NCBI GenBank assembly: GCA_964199315.1
Contig: OZ116708.1
Coordinates: 20,832,001 to 20,896,000 of the forward strand
DNA: 64,000 nt
Origin: Orbicella franksi
Taxonomy: Eukaryota
Direction: 5' to 3'
Position 1 is the stretch's first letter; every line of letters begins with the position of its first letter. The position numbers and the translations under genes were made by a program. A model generated the notes under the pieces. That model was not told the DNA's origin. It searched no databases and saw nothing but the letters and a program-made list of their open reading frames with translations. Below are positions 1 to 11,215 of this stretch, in pieces.

Positions 1-454
1 GAATACAAAGAGAGTAAAATGCACTATTTCGTTTGGTGAACTCTTTAATAATTACAACAAAAGACCTTAATTTGTGAAATTTTCTCACTTCTGGAGTAAT
101 TATGGAAGAAAGAAGCGTGCGAAGAATGGAGCTGTGCGACGATAAGATAACATTGTTAAAGTGCTTTTCAAAGTCGCATAAGACGAGATTTGTTTCGTTT
201 TTATCAATTTTAGAAGAGAACTTATAGTGTTTGTGGTACAGTTATCGCTTATCAAAAAAAAAAAAAAAACATTTTCTGATCTATATCGCTTTTTTTCGCC
301 ACAATCTGACAAAAACTCCTTAAGCGTCCTTGCTTATTTGTGAAACCATAATTGCATGCAATTTATAATTAGTACGTCTAAGTATTTGTCAGTCTTGTAC
401 AGTTATAAAGTAATTTTACTTTCTACCAGTCCTGTTCTTTGGTAGGCCTTACAT

Positions 455-505
455 GTTGGTCATTGACTTTTTTAGAATGAGTGGCTCCTAAAAGAACCGT
501 TTGTT
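455..505 (-). terminator. Histone-type 3'-end signal of copy A: stem-loop 483-498 plus ACTCA and downstream element
   Basis: Minus strand reads CAACAAAC GGTTCT TTTA GGAGCC ACTCA TTCTAAAAAAGTCAATGACCAAC. Confidence 0.65.
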
Positions 506-645
506 GGCACAGAAGCCTGTCTTCCTAACTCCATACCGGCATCGGGAACTGTTGACCTGTTGACCTGTTGCACGTCGGGGCTTATTTTCCTCTTGATATT
601 CTCGAAGAACCATTTCCTACAGCCGGTCCTTGAAGAGCTAAAACC

Positions 646-876
646 TTAGAATATGAGCTTTCGTTTCACACGGCTAGTTTTGTTCTTCGCCCTCTCAAAC
701 TTCATAATTTGTAGCTGCTGGGCAAAACGGGAGTGTACCAGAGTGTCCTTGACGCCTTCATCGATGGCAGATTCCTTCTCTAAAGATGTTTCTGCTGATT
801 TCCTGCATTCATCACACAGAAGGTTTTCTAGACAAGATTGTAGAAAAGCCTCGCAGACGATACATACGTCAGCCAT
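646..876 (-). CDS. Small intronless CxxC-x12-CxxC protein, family copy A (76 aa, C-terminus RVKRKLIF)
   Basis: ATG-to-stop ORF with upstream CCAAT (1014-1018) and TATAAAA (967-973) and a downstream stem-loop (483-498). 63/76 aa identical to copy B with no indels; only synonymous changes in the first 26 codons. Confidence 0.8.
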   Translation of the reverse strand: MADVCIVCEAFLQSCLENLLCDECRKSAETSLEKESAIDEGVKDTLVHSRFAQQLQIMKFERAKNKTSRVKRKLIF

Positions 877-966
877 CAGGCAATCGTTGTATACTTCTCT
901 AGTTGCTCTAGTATGAGGTCAACGAGTGAAACAGTTTTGATTGACCAAGAAAACAGCAGACAGGCT

Positions 967-1087
967 TTTTATACCTTTTAATAACAAAGGCAAAAAAACA
1001 TCGTGTTGTTTTGATTGGTGAATCATTGATAAACTCGTTAACAACGACAACAATAGCACTAAACTTGTGAAATGTTCTCACCTCGCG
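967..1087 (-). promoter_or_regulatory. Family promoter module of copy A
   Basis: GAGGTGAGAACATTTCACAAGTT (1062-1085), CCAAT and TATAAAA with about 45 bp spacing; same order as copies B and C. Confidence 0.65.
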
Positions 1088-2794
1088 TGTTCAACCAACA
1101 ATCAGTTATGTGAGCCTATTCATATTGCAATGAACCAGCAACAAAACATAGGTCAAAACAACAAGCACAAACCACAACTAAATATAAGGCAACATGAAAC
1201 TAAGTGAAACTGTGTTAATTTTGCTCTACGAGTAGTCCTTCTTTCGCTTAGGCTGTATATAGCATAGTCTATAGACAACTGGAACGACTAGAGAATTTTC
1301 AAAGACGATTGTGATTTAACTTAGAACCCAAGATTAAATAAACACCTCAAAACCAATCTTATCGAAACTTTCCGACTTGACTTTGACTATCTCGTTTAGT
1401 TATTGATGTTCTTATACCAGCAGGTTAGCATAAGCAACACACGCCGGCGAAGTAATGTACTGCCAAGTAGCTCTTTTTATCAGGAAATTGTCCTCACAAA
1501 AGGCGCTACTATCGACATTTTACAGCGTCAAAAGGTAACTGAAAATTTGGATGACCTAATTTAATAATCTAAAAGCACTTAACGCGCGGGTTGTATTGTA
1601 AGCGGGAGGTGAGAAAATATCACAACTTCACAGACCTTTAGCGTTGTAGTGACTAAGAAAATGTCGTCCGTATTACTCCAAACTGAGCCAAAACTAAATC
1701 GTTAGGAAAAATACTTGACGCAAGTTTAAAGAGCGATTTAATATGCTACCTTGGAGGGGGGGGGGGGGGGGGGTGGGGGTTGATTGGGTGTGACATGATC
1801 AACATGTCGAAGCAAGCTTTATTGGATTCAATAAGTCTGCATTTTACTAGGACCGTAATACGCGATTCAATGCCCAGTTAAGTTTTAATATGGATATATA
1901 GAGCGAAATTACATGAACACGCTGGTTTTATTGAGGGTCTGAAATGATAAAAATGTCACAATTTCAGATGTTTTGTTGAAATCGTTTGCGAGTTTTCCAT
2001 TGAAAACGAATGAAAAATTACTGGAAGTGAACTTCAGATTTACAAGATAAATAAGCCGGCTCTGCGTGCGAGATTCCGCTGGAAACCTGTGTGTTTCGCT
2101 GGCCAAATCGAAACGTTGGGATAAAGGCGTTCGTTCCCCTACGCGTGCTGTTCATAAACTCGCTCGTGCGCCAGGGCAAAAAGCCAGATGACAGGGCTTC
2201 AGTGCGACACTCAAGCACTAAAGCCTGCTCGTAGACTAGGATAAATTACAAACAAACAACTTGCCTCGAAAAGACAACTTTACAAATTTGCCGCGGAGAG
2301 AATTTATCATATACATTAATAACTTTAACATAAGTATTTTTTTAGTAATCTCATTGAAAATTACAACGTTACAATGAGTCTAAATTTATGACATTTTCAC
2401 ACCTCGCACGCACGCTAGAATAAACGCACGCGCATCCAGCCATTTAGATCGTAACTTAAGTTGATAGAGGCACTGAGGAAAACTATTCTGTTAACAAAAA
2501 ATTGCTCTACTGACACTTTTTTGTTAAAACCAGAAATATTCTCTGACATGCGTACATAAAATAAAGTGAATTTTTCAACTTTGTTTGACCTTATATTCCT
2601 AATCAGTAGCTCAGTTCAAAGTTAATTTTCCAGCAATTCCATGAAGACTCACTTCAGGCTGATAATCAGATGAGTAAGATAAAATGATTAAAATCTCATC
2701 GGAAATGCATCTGAAGAAAAATTAACACAGTTTCACTTACGTGATTTGTGCTTGGCGTTCTTTTTCGTTTAATTAGGCTTCATCAGATACATCT

Positions 2795-2924
2795 ATTGTA
2801 TTCGCGAGGTGAGAACATTTCACAAGTTCAGTGCTGTTGTTGTCATTTTTAACCAGTTCATCAATGATCCACCAATCAAAACGACGCAATTTTTTCTCCT
2901 TTGTTCCTTGTTGAAGGTATAAAA
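2795..2924 (+). promoter_or_regulatory. Family promoter module of copy B
   Basis: CTATTGT, GAGGTGAGAACATTTCACAAGTT (2806-2828), CCAAT (2872-2876), TATAAAA (2918-2924). Confidence 0.65.
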
Positions 2925-3014
2925 TGCCTGTCTGTTGTTCACTTCTTCAATCAAATCTGTTTCACTCGCTGACCTGATAATAGAGCTTTTAGAGAAGTAT
3001 ACAACGATTGCAGG

Positions 3015-3245
3015 ATGGCTGATGTATGTATCGTCTGCGAGGCTTTTCTACAATCTTGTCTAGAAAACCTTCTGTGCGATGAATGCAGGAAACCAGCAGA
3101 AACATCTTTGGAGAGGGAATCTGCCATCGATGAAGGCGTCGAGGACACTCGTTCACACTCCGGTTTTTCCCAGCGGTTCCAAATTATGAAGTTTCAGAAC
3201 GCGAAGAACAGCAGTAGCCGTGTGAAACGAAAGTTAATATTCTAA
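3015..3245 (+). CDS. Small intronless CxxC-x12-CxxC protein, family copy B (76 aa)
   Basis: Paralog of 646-876 with conserved length; synonymous substitutions GAC/GAT, TGT/TGC and CTC/TTA (the Leu of KLIF). Confidence 0.8.
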   Translation: MADVCIVCEAFLQSCLENLLCDECRKPAETSLERESAIDEGVEDTRSHSGFSQRFQIMKFQNAKNSSSRVKRKLIF

Positions 3246-3372
3246 AGTTTTAGCTTTTCAAGGACCGGCTGCAATGGTTCTTCCCGAAGATCAAGAGGAA
3301 AGCAAGCCCCGTATGTACAACAGGTCAGCAGTTCTCGATGCCAGTCTGAAGTTAGGAGGACAAGCTTTCTAC

Positions 3373-3424
3373 CAAAAAACGGCTCTTGTAGGAGCCACTC
3401 AATTTGAAAAAGTCAATGACCAAC
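3373..3424 (+). terminator. Histone-type 3'-end signal of copy B: stem-loop 3381-3396
   Basis: CAAAAAAC GGCTCT TGTA GGAGCC ACTCA ATTTGAAAAAGTCAATGACCAAC. Confidence 0.65.
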
Positions 3425-3629
3425 ATGCATGGCCTAACTGAATAAGAGAACTTTAAAACTCTTACTTTAAACTTAAATAGATTCATCTCCTCTAACGTTT
3501 TTCAAAACTGTATACAATAATAATCATAAAAAGAAAAAAAATGTTTTCTAATATAAAAAAACGCTCTCTAAATGTCATGATAGAAAAATAATAGGTCAAA
3601 TTAAGGCTATGAAACAGTTTTTACCCAGC

Positions 3630-3880
3630 AGCTATAAATGTCTTTAGGGATTTGATTCCCTTACTGACTTTATCTAAGCTATTCCAGATATTAGTCGCTC
3701 TATACTTGAAGCGGGTGCGTTGGCCGATGGCAGTTTTAGATATATGTAGCACGTCACACGTCCGAGTTTCACGGATATGAATGTTAGAACGCTTGATAAA
3801 TTTCTTGTTGAGATGTTCAAGATAGCCAGTTAAACTTGTGAAGTAGAGGAGTAACATGATCGTATTTCCTAGTTTCAGGA
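3630..3880 (-). mobile_element. 3' remnant of a CR1/L2-type LINE ORF2
   Basis: Translation KRSNIHIRETR...TAIGQR..FKYRATNIWNSL...SLKTF matches the C-terminal tail pattern of CR1/L2 reverse transcriptases. Confidence 0.7.
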
Positions 3881-4800
3881 CGCGAAGAAGGTAAAAAAGT
3901 AGACAGTAAAATTCCTTCCTAACCGTACAAGACTGGCAAACACTATAGTTAACTTTGCAAACACTGATAACTGATAAAATTAATTCACTAACGAGCAAGG
4001 ACGTTTAAGGAGTTTGTGGCAAATCAGAAAGCTCTTTTAGACAAGGGATAACTGTACCACGAACGATATAAGGTAATCTCAGGTGTTCTCTTCGGAAATT
4101 CTCAGTAGGTCTCTGTAAACCTCATAAAATTGAAACAAATGGCGTCTTATGCAGCGTTGAAAAGCACAAAGCAATGTCATCTTATCGTCAAACTGTTATC
4201 AGACATCGCAATGTTTATTTCAGGTTTTCTCTAGTTAACTAGTAATGCGCAATTCTTCGTACATTTCTATAATTACTCCACCTCCCAACAAAAATTGCTG
4301 CGTCGGTAGTCTTAACACTTGTACTAGTGTACGACGGGCTAACGATTGAAAGGTAAGTTTCACATGAAGACACACCTTTTCAGTTAATTTTCCTTTGTTC
4401 AATTTCCATTGATAAATAGCTAGCCAAGCTAAACAATTACCAAGTAATTAACATCGAATTGAGGTTGATAAAACTAAGAGGAAAGTCAAGCGCTCTGTCA
4501 AATTTGGCCCCTGACGTTTCGTGTAATGGCTCTCAGTATTAAATGACGTTTTTCAGAGTGTGTTCATCCCTAAGCTAAAAAAAACAGCAACCTAGTTTAT
4601 TGTTTATAACCGGTGATTTCATACTTTTTGCAGAAAATTTGTAGCAGCTGCAATTTTTCAATAGAAAGCCAAACCGAAGCCAATCTTATCGAAATTTCAA
4701 CCCTCACTCCAGACTAGACCTTGCTTTCTGATCTATGTTGCTCTTGTTGTTGTTTACGAATGGCTATTGTTGCTTTGCTTTTTCATTAGAATTTAAATAG

Positions 4801-6344
4801 GCAACCACCTCTTAGACCCATTGTATCCTCTATTGGAGCTTACAATTATAATTTAGCTAAGTACTTAAGTTCTCTTCTTGTTCCGCTTTTGCCTGATAAA
4901 TATTCGGTTAAGGATTCCTTTTCTTTTGTTGAAGAGCTCAGGAGTTTCGATTTTAACAACAAGTTCCTTATTTCCTTCGATGTTGAAAGCCTTTTTACAA
5001 ACATTCCGCTAAATGAAACTATCGATATTGCCGCTGACCTTATTTTGAAACATCATCCCAAATTTTCCATCAAAAAACCCGACCTTAAGAAATTGTTTTC
5101 ATTTGCCACATCCGAGACTCATTTTCTTTTCAATGGTAAATTTTATGATCAAGTCGATGGGGTAGCTATGGGCTCCCCTTTAGCACCTATTTTAGCTAAT
5201 CTTTTTCTTGGATTTCACGAAGAAACATGGCTAAATAATTTTAACAAGGCCGACATCTTACTCTATAGGCGTTATGTTGACGATACTTTTTGCGTCTTTA
5301 AAAATGAGCGGGATGCCATGTCTTTCTTTGAATTCATCAATTCTCAACAACCCAACATCAAATTTACTTTCGAGAAACAGAACGACGGTAAACTTTCCTT
5401 TTTGGATGTTCTAATTGACAACTCTTCGCATGACTGCGTTTTTTCAGTTTTTCATAAAAAAACCTACACTGGTCTCTTAACAAATTTTTTTAGTTTCGCT
5501 CCGTTTCGCTATAAAATTGGCCTTGTCCGTACTCTCATTGACCGAACTTATAAAATCAACAACACTTCTTCCGGTTTTGAAAACGATTTGATCAAGCTTT
5601 CGGACACTCTAAAACGTAACTAGTTTCCTTCACACATCATTGAAAAAACCTTCAAGCGGTATCTTAACAAGCCTTCTGATCAAAAAAGCCGCAACGTTAA
5701 TGATGAAAACAATATACGCTATTTTAAGCTTCCTTTTATCGGCCAGTATTCTAGAATAACGGAACTCAAACTACGGCAATTACTTAAACGTTTTTGTGAA
5801 ACGGATCTTAATATCAAATTAGTTTTTACTTCTTTCAAAATCAAGAATATGTTCAGTTTTAAAGATCGTACTCCTGATGCTCTAAAATCCATGGTAGTTT
5901 ATCAATTTACTTGTGCGGGATGTAATTCCTGTTATATTGGTGAAACCAGTCGCCATTTTTCTACCAGGATTAAAGAGCATACAGTAAGCGATAAAAACTC
6001 GCATATTTTTAAACATCTTTCTCAATTTTCTTCATGCAGGGGCATGTACACACCTTCTTGTTTTCGCATCTTAGACTCAGCGAATAGCTCTATTGATCTT
6101 AAACTTAAAGAAGCCTTTTATATTAGTAAGAACAAACCTGACCTTAACAAACAGTTACATCACTTCAACACCTTTTTAACTCTGTAATTTCCGTTTCCAC
6201 TGTTTTGTAATGCATATTGTAAATAATTTATTCATATTTTGTAGTATATAACTTGTGTCACGTATCATTAGTCACTCTATTAAACTGAAGATGGCATAAG
6301 CATGCCGAAACATGTCTTTAAAAACTGTTGTACGTTTTATGCAA
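4801..6344 (+). mobile_element. Penelope-like retroelement (5'-truncated): RT plus GIY-YIG endonuclease, one in-frame stop at 5621-5623
   Basis: PLRPIVS, SFDVESLFTNIP, GVAMGSPLAP, YRRYVDD (RT); VYQFTCAGCNSCYIGETSRHFSTRIKEH (GIY-YIG); frame continues after the TAG; near-identical flanks AATTTAAATAG (4790-4800) and AATTTAAAAAG (6345-6355) as candidate TSD. Confidence 0.95.
6281..6320 (+). ncRNA. Minimal type I hammerhead ribozyme at the Penelope 3' end
   Basis: TAAA CTGAAGA T GGCAT-AAGC-ATGCC GAAA CAT GTC TTTA: conserved core, 5-bp stem II, palindromic stem III (ACATGT), stem I TAAA/TTTA, GUC cleavage triplet ending at 6316. Confidence 0.8.
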
Positions 6345-6721
6345 AATTTAAAAAGACCTATCGTGCGCGTGAGTTGAGGAAACTTCACAACTTTACAAGC
6401 CTATTGTTGTTGACACTACGACATTTTAAAAACAACTCATTTTCCCCTGCTTTGTATTCTTAACGGTGTGTATAACATCCAAATAGTTTTTACTTTGTGG
6501 TAGTCCGTTCGCGCATTGAACCGCCGAGAAAAGAACATTAATGAAACTGAGAATGACGGAAGTTTAGAGAGCGAATAAAAATTCTATTTTAGTAAAAATT
6601 GATATTGGGTGAGACAGGGTTTTCCTGGACGCAACAAAATGGTTTATTTTGTTTTTTGTTTTTGTTTCCCAAATAAACTTTCTTTAACGACATGAGTTCT
6701 AAATTAAACGAACACGTGGAT

Positions 6722-6845
6722 TCTATTGTGCACGAGACTGGTGAGAAAATTTCACAAGTTTAGGTCCTTTTGTTGTTATCATTAAAGAGCCCACCAATCA
6801 AAACAGTGATTTTTTTTTGCTTTGTATTCTCTGATGTGTATAAAA
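6722..6845 (+). promoter_or_regulatory. Family promoter module of copy C
   Basis: TCTATTGT, GGTGAGAAAATTTCACAAGTT (6740-6760), CCAAT (6794-6798), TATAAAA (6839-6845). Confidence 0.65.
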
Positions 6846-6932
6846 ACAAATGTAACTGACAATGAAGTCATTTCCGCTTCATTCGGGTACTGCCCTTAAA
6901 TTCATTAGTAAGGAATCTTTTAGAACTGCGCG

Positions 6933-7148
6933 ATGGCCAATCAATGTAATGAAAGAGAAGCCTTTCTACAGCCTTGTCAAGAAAACACTCTGTGCGATGG
7001 ATGTAGGAAAACAGCAAAAACATCCTTGAAGAAGAAGTCTCCAGTGGTCGCCGAGGAGCTGGTACGTACAAAGTGTACCAAACGGCTGCGAAAATTCCAG
7101 ATCGTGGAGGTGAGACCTATCCGTGCAAGACGGAAGCTTAATTTTTAA
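6933..7148 (+). CDS. Diverged small family member, copy C (71 aa, C-terminus RARRKLNF)
   Basis: MANQCNEREAFLQPCQENTLCDGCRK aligns with copies A/B (second Cys lost); KFQIVE and terminal RKLxF are kept; same promoter and stem-loop. Confidence 0.7.
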   Translation: MANQCNEREAFLQPCQENTLCDGCRKTAKTSLKKKSPVVAEELVRTKCTKRLRKFQIVEVRPIRARRKLNF

Positions 7149-7256
7149 GGTCTGTTCAAGTAAAAGTATCGTTTCAAAGAAGTACATCGTATGGACCAAC
7201 TGCTCTTAAAGGTGCCTGAAAATCTTCTTCTGCTCCTGTCTCTTAGTTGCTGTGGC

Positions 7257-7307
7257 AATCAAATGGCTCCTTTAGGAGCCACTCAGTCTGAAAAGTCAAT
7301 GATTAAC
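7257..7307 (+). terminator. Histone-type 3'-end signal of copy C: stem-loop 7265-7280
   Basis: AATCAAAT GGCTCC TTTA GGAGCC ACTCA GTCTGAAAAGTCAATGATTAAC. Confidence 0.65.
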
Positions 7308-7633
7308 ATGCCTAGCTCATTACCAAGGGGTCTGGTAAGGTTTGCTGGCATCGAAGCAAACCATTCAGTTCTTTTGTAAGAGAGCTTTTTTTTTTTCATT
7401 TTCGATTTATGTAATCGCGTGATCTATGTAGCGCAGGATCGAACGTTAATGTCCGACCATGACATATTTATTTGAGTTCAAATTTGGTGTGACAGGGTTT
7501 TCCTGGTTGCAACAAAGTGGAAGCTGATCTATTTTTTTTGGTTTCACAAATCTTGCTTTTCACTAGCGACATAAAGCGATGCGCGCTTTCGAAGTGTGCT
7601 CTTTGAAGGCGAAAATTCCTTAACGTGGACGGG

Positions 7634-7636
<3 letters not shown>

Positions 7637-7677
<41 letters not shown>
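7637..7677. repeat. (TG)n microsatellite, about 20 units
   Basis: Directly visible. Confidence 0.95.
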
Positions 7678-7678
<1 letters not shown>

Positions 7679-8468
7679 TATTTTGTTTGTTTGTTTGTTT
7701 GTTTTTCATTTAATTATTCACCCCATATACAAATTTGAGTGTTGTTTACCTACATAAGTCTCTTGTGATTTTAATCGCTAGTAATCAGTGAGCTTACATT
7801 TTTGCGATGGAAGAAATCGTTTTCAAACTCTTTTCCCTCCAACTTGTCTCTCCCTTAAATTTGATCATTTTTTTGTGCCTTAATAAACTTTGATAAACAC
7901 TCGAAGTAGCACCGTCATGGTAATTTGATGGTACTTCAGTAAGTTATTTTGTCCCCGCGCATAATTACATTTAAATTGAGGGAAACCTGAAAATAGTAGT
8001 TTACTGAGACAGATAAACACTAAAGAGGTAATAATAAGCCACAAAGGAACAAGCATTGTTAAGATTAAAACGGTATAAAAACCACGAACTTGAAAAATTT
8101 GGGCTAAAATTTTCAAGATACGCAAACTGCAAAGTAGTTCCTTTAATTTCGAAGTTTCGCGTCAAAGAGATCATAGCAAGGAGGTTTTTATTTGGAGCAT
8201 TACGATTATGTGTTGTTGTTAATTTTTTTTAATGGTTGTTTTCTTTTTCGCAGGCGAAAAATGATATGAATGGACCTTAATTAGCAGTCAATAGGTGAAA
8301 GCGCGGCTTCTATTGTACGCCATCAAATGAGAAAAAATCACAAGTTTAGAACTGTTGTTGTCATCACTAACAACATCACCAATTAAAACAAAGCATTTTC
8401 CTGCTTTGCTTTTGATCCGACAGCTTGTATAAGCGACACTAAAATACGAAAACGCTAAGAAAAATAGG

Positions 8469-8998
8469 ATGACTCGGATTCTGATAGAGTTTTGCAACTG
8501 GATTAAGCAGAGACTACCGTTGCTTTCAGATTGTGGAGCGAGGCAACAACCGCGGAACCTCGAAACTTCTTGCCTGCGAACGGGCTCCCAGTTGGGATTT
8601 TGGGCAAGCGGAGCGAGTCGAGGGCGGTCTGAGGTGGAAGAGAAGGCGTGCTCATCCATCTCGACTCACTTCGCGCAACGAATTCTTCTTTATTCATTCA
8701 TTTATTTATTTATTTTGCGCTCTTTGGCTTGCTTCGCTCGCCCAACTGATTTCCCCCATCGCCGGGAGCCGCCTAGCAGGCTAAGAAACTTCTAAACAGC
8801 ATGGGGTCCCCATATACCGTGAGGAAATGGGATGTTAATTCGATCGCTTGACAATGTGCGGTTTCAACGGAAGCCTTCCGCTGCCCGGCTGCAGTAACAC
8901 AATAAAATGATGGCAGTGTCATGACTATCACAAGAACCCAAAACCACTGTTCATCTGTTGCAGCTGCTATAGTAGCCCGAGTTTCGTGTTATGTCTAA
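8469..8998 (+). pseudogene. FLYWCH family pseudogene, paralog of 15804-16322, interrupted by a MITE
   Basis: After removing 8571-8784 plus one TSD it reads EFCNWIK..DYRCFQIVERGNNRGTSKLLNSMGSPYTVRKWDVNSIA*QCAVSTEAFRCPAAVTQ*NDG..TQNHCSSVAAAIVARV. Lesions: a frameshift, two Trp-to-stop changes and HNH to QNH. Family promoter present at 8308-8433. Confidence 0.85.
8571..8784. mobile_element. MITE with imperfect TIRs and a 9-bp TSD
   Basis: Ends TGCCTGCGAACGGGCTCCC and GGGAGCCGCCTAGCAGGCTAA; GAAACTTCT duplicated at 8562-8570 and 8785-8793. Confidence 0.8.
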
Positions 8999-9566
8999 GA
9001 ATTTAGTAGAAAATTACAGTCAGTATCGTTGTATTAAAAGCTCTTAGACAATACGTAAAATTATACAATCAACAATTTTATATTAAATAGTCGCCATATA
9101 ACAACCAATTTATTCCTTCCTAATCGTTAAAATAAGATACAATTTTTACATCAATTTTCACAAGAGTTTATAAACAAATCATACTAAACACAGATTTTAT
9201 TTATTTTATGGAATATTTCACATGGAGTAATATTGACGCGTTTTTCGTCAGTTCATAACCGACATAGCTGGACATGAAAAATGCCCTCATTGAAATTTTT
9301 AGAACTTACTTTTCGAGGTAACAATTGAAAAGCAGACTCGGTCTTTGATTGTATTGTAGCTGACAATAAGCAATGTTTCGAGAGGCGCGAATTTTTTCCA
9401 TCCCCTATCCCCGCGCCTCCCTACCATACCCTCACTAAAATGCTAACAATTTTGTAAATTTAACTTCAAGCCGCAAGCTTTCTTTTTGAGTACTGGTGAT
9501 GAGTAACGTAGCAAGTTTTTGTTTTGTACTAGCTTTAAGTCGGAATTGAAGAGAATTGAAATTTTG

Positions 9567-10390
9567 TTACTGTTTAAAACTTGTTGTTTGTTCACTGTTA
9601 TTGAGTAGCGGTTGTACCGGAGCCAAATAATCATAACCAAATATTTCAAAATCACTGCGGTACAACTTTCCTAACCGAGTTATGTATCGAGTGGGAACCT
9701 GGGAATAGTACTCCAACACTTCATCTGAGCCGGTTGATTTGTGGATTGGCGGGAAAGTTACGCGGTCGTCAATTCCCGCCATTTTCAGTAGCAGAGGTGC
9801 GTCGTCTTCCAAAGTCTCTAAATGACCAATGAAATCGTAGTTAATAACACACGGATGACAGAGCTGCTCGTATTGTCGCCAATGTTGATCCCGCGGCACA
9901 TCATTGGAAAAATACTGAATAAATTCAGCGAAGGTGATGTTGATGTCATTATAATCTCCATTGGGTTTATAATCTTGTGGGCGGTATGCTTTGACGATTT
10001 CGTTCCGAGCGTCCTCGCTGCATTTCCTATCCCTTCTCATAAACTTATCTTTGTAAGCAGAAAGCAAGCGATGCAGGGGTTCCCGAACGAAGAGAAATTT
10101 AAAATAAGTTTCAACTCGTTGTAATCTTTCCTCCTCTCTATATTGATACAACCATCGCCACAAATACTTGCTATGGATCTTTTGTATGTTCTTGTCGAGT
10201 CCACGAAGATCCCCTAAAACTCGTTTCCACGTTGTTGAGCTCACTTTCGGAATTGTACAGTAGATGATCTTGTTTTCATCGTCCACAAGGATAAATTCAA
10301 AGTCCCTGCCAACTGGTTTTGTCTTGTATGAGTGCGTTAGACAGTAGTTTCTCATTACCTCTTTCCTGGTAATTTGTCTTTCTGAGGCAT
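9567..10390 (-). CDS. Carbohydrate sulfotransferase (CHST11/HNK-1ST family, Sulfotransfer_2) paralog A, catalytic exon; 5' exon(s) unresolved
   Basis: 5'-PSB motif PKVSSTTW, 3'-PB motif FVREPLHRLLSAY, HWRQYEQLCHPC..YDFIGHLETL; splice acceptor TTCTTAG at 10391; remnant of an exon-1-like end (GTTGCAG) at 10507-10540. Confidence 0.9.
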
Positions 10391-11052
10391 CTAAGAATAA
10401 AAATTTTATCGATCAAATAGATTTTTTTTTCCAGTGGCTTAAGTATCAACTTTTCTGTGTTCTTTTTGTTTGTTTGTTTGTTTGTTTTGTTTTGTTTTAG
10501 TAAAACCTGCAACGCCGTCAGGGGTGTCTGGAATCGGATACTAAATAACAACAAGTTTGGTTCTGTAAGTATACTCCAGTTCGTCTAAATAGCTTTACAA
10601 CTAGCCTAAATTGGGCTTTTTCTAGTTATGTGTCCACAATTAGTATACATTGTATGCTAGCGACTTCGACACGTTAATGAAGTTCTTATGTTATGTTATC
10701 TTATCTGAATTAGGAAACGCCTAAAGATGTAAAGTTTTCCTACCTGCATACTTTACATCCAGTCTATGCAATGTAAATGTTGAACTCCAGTATGAAAGGA
10801 GAATTATAGCTAAAACGGACAATCCAACAGAGGGAACGATCATGGACTTAAGGGATTTTAATTCCTTCATGACTTTCAGCAGGTAACCAGCACCGTGTTC
10901 TTGGTTCCTAGCAGTGTCTGTATTTCACACAAAGTAGACTTCTCTTGAACACAACCTTAATAAGAAAGATACAGAGTTAGATGGAGCAAAACTTTACAAT
11001 TAGTGGTTTTCACTGTCACGCCCTCAAAAATCAAAATCAAAACCGTTCAATA

Positions 11053-11215
11053 ATTAGGCCAGTACCTAACTGCGTTTTGCCTCTATTTGAAATGTGGAAA
11101 TACGTTCCGCCTATTGGTTCATTTTCATGTAAATCAAACTTATTTTCACAACAAAGTTTTTACACGAGGATTCGTTTTAAAACAGAGGCACAACTTAACT
11201 CGAAAATGGCTTATT
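11053..11215. mobile_element. MITE family with ATAGGCCA...TGGCCTAT ends; other copies at 30865-31050 and about 43540-43710
   Basis: Shared internal sequence (GAAAATGAGTTTGATTTGCATGAAAATGAACC) in three places; TIRs are clear at 30865-31050. Confidence 0.75.

Larger units (their letters stand above)
400..3475. repeat. Inverted duplication: about 400-1222 (minus) vs 2718-3475 (plus), head-to-head
   Basis: Homology spans the upstream 22-mer AAAATTAACACAGTTTCACTTA, promoter, ORF, 3' UTR and stem-loop. Confidence 0.9.

Noticed and set aside
1467-1495. AGCTCTTTTTATCAGGAAATTGTC resembles vertebrate U7 snRNA
   Set aside because: Needs several indels, has no 3' hairpin, and is not complementary to the downstream element seen here.
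653-3148. ORFs 653-916(+) and 2951-3148(-), plus 6868-7071(-) and 6966-7199(-)
   Set aside because: Antisense shadows of the small genes; lengths and ends are not conserved, and promoter and stem-loop polarity supports the other strand.
400-3475. The A/B inverted pair as the TIRs of one composite transposon
   Set aside because: No TSD at the outer ends; the repeats are whole genes, so an inverted gene duplication is simpler.
6494-6514. TTTGTGGTAGT..CGTTCGCGC resembles the U1 snRNA Sm site and 3' end
   Set aside because: The rest of U1 is absent and stem-loop IV cannot form; likely chance.
8288-8795. Four overlapping ORFs of 64-123 aa
   Set aside because: They run through a GC-rich MITE; the real signal is the interrupted FLYWCH pseudogene.
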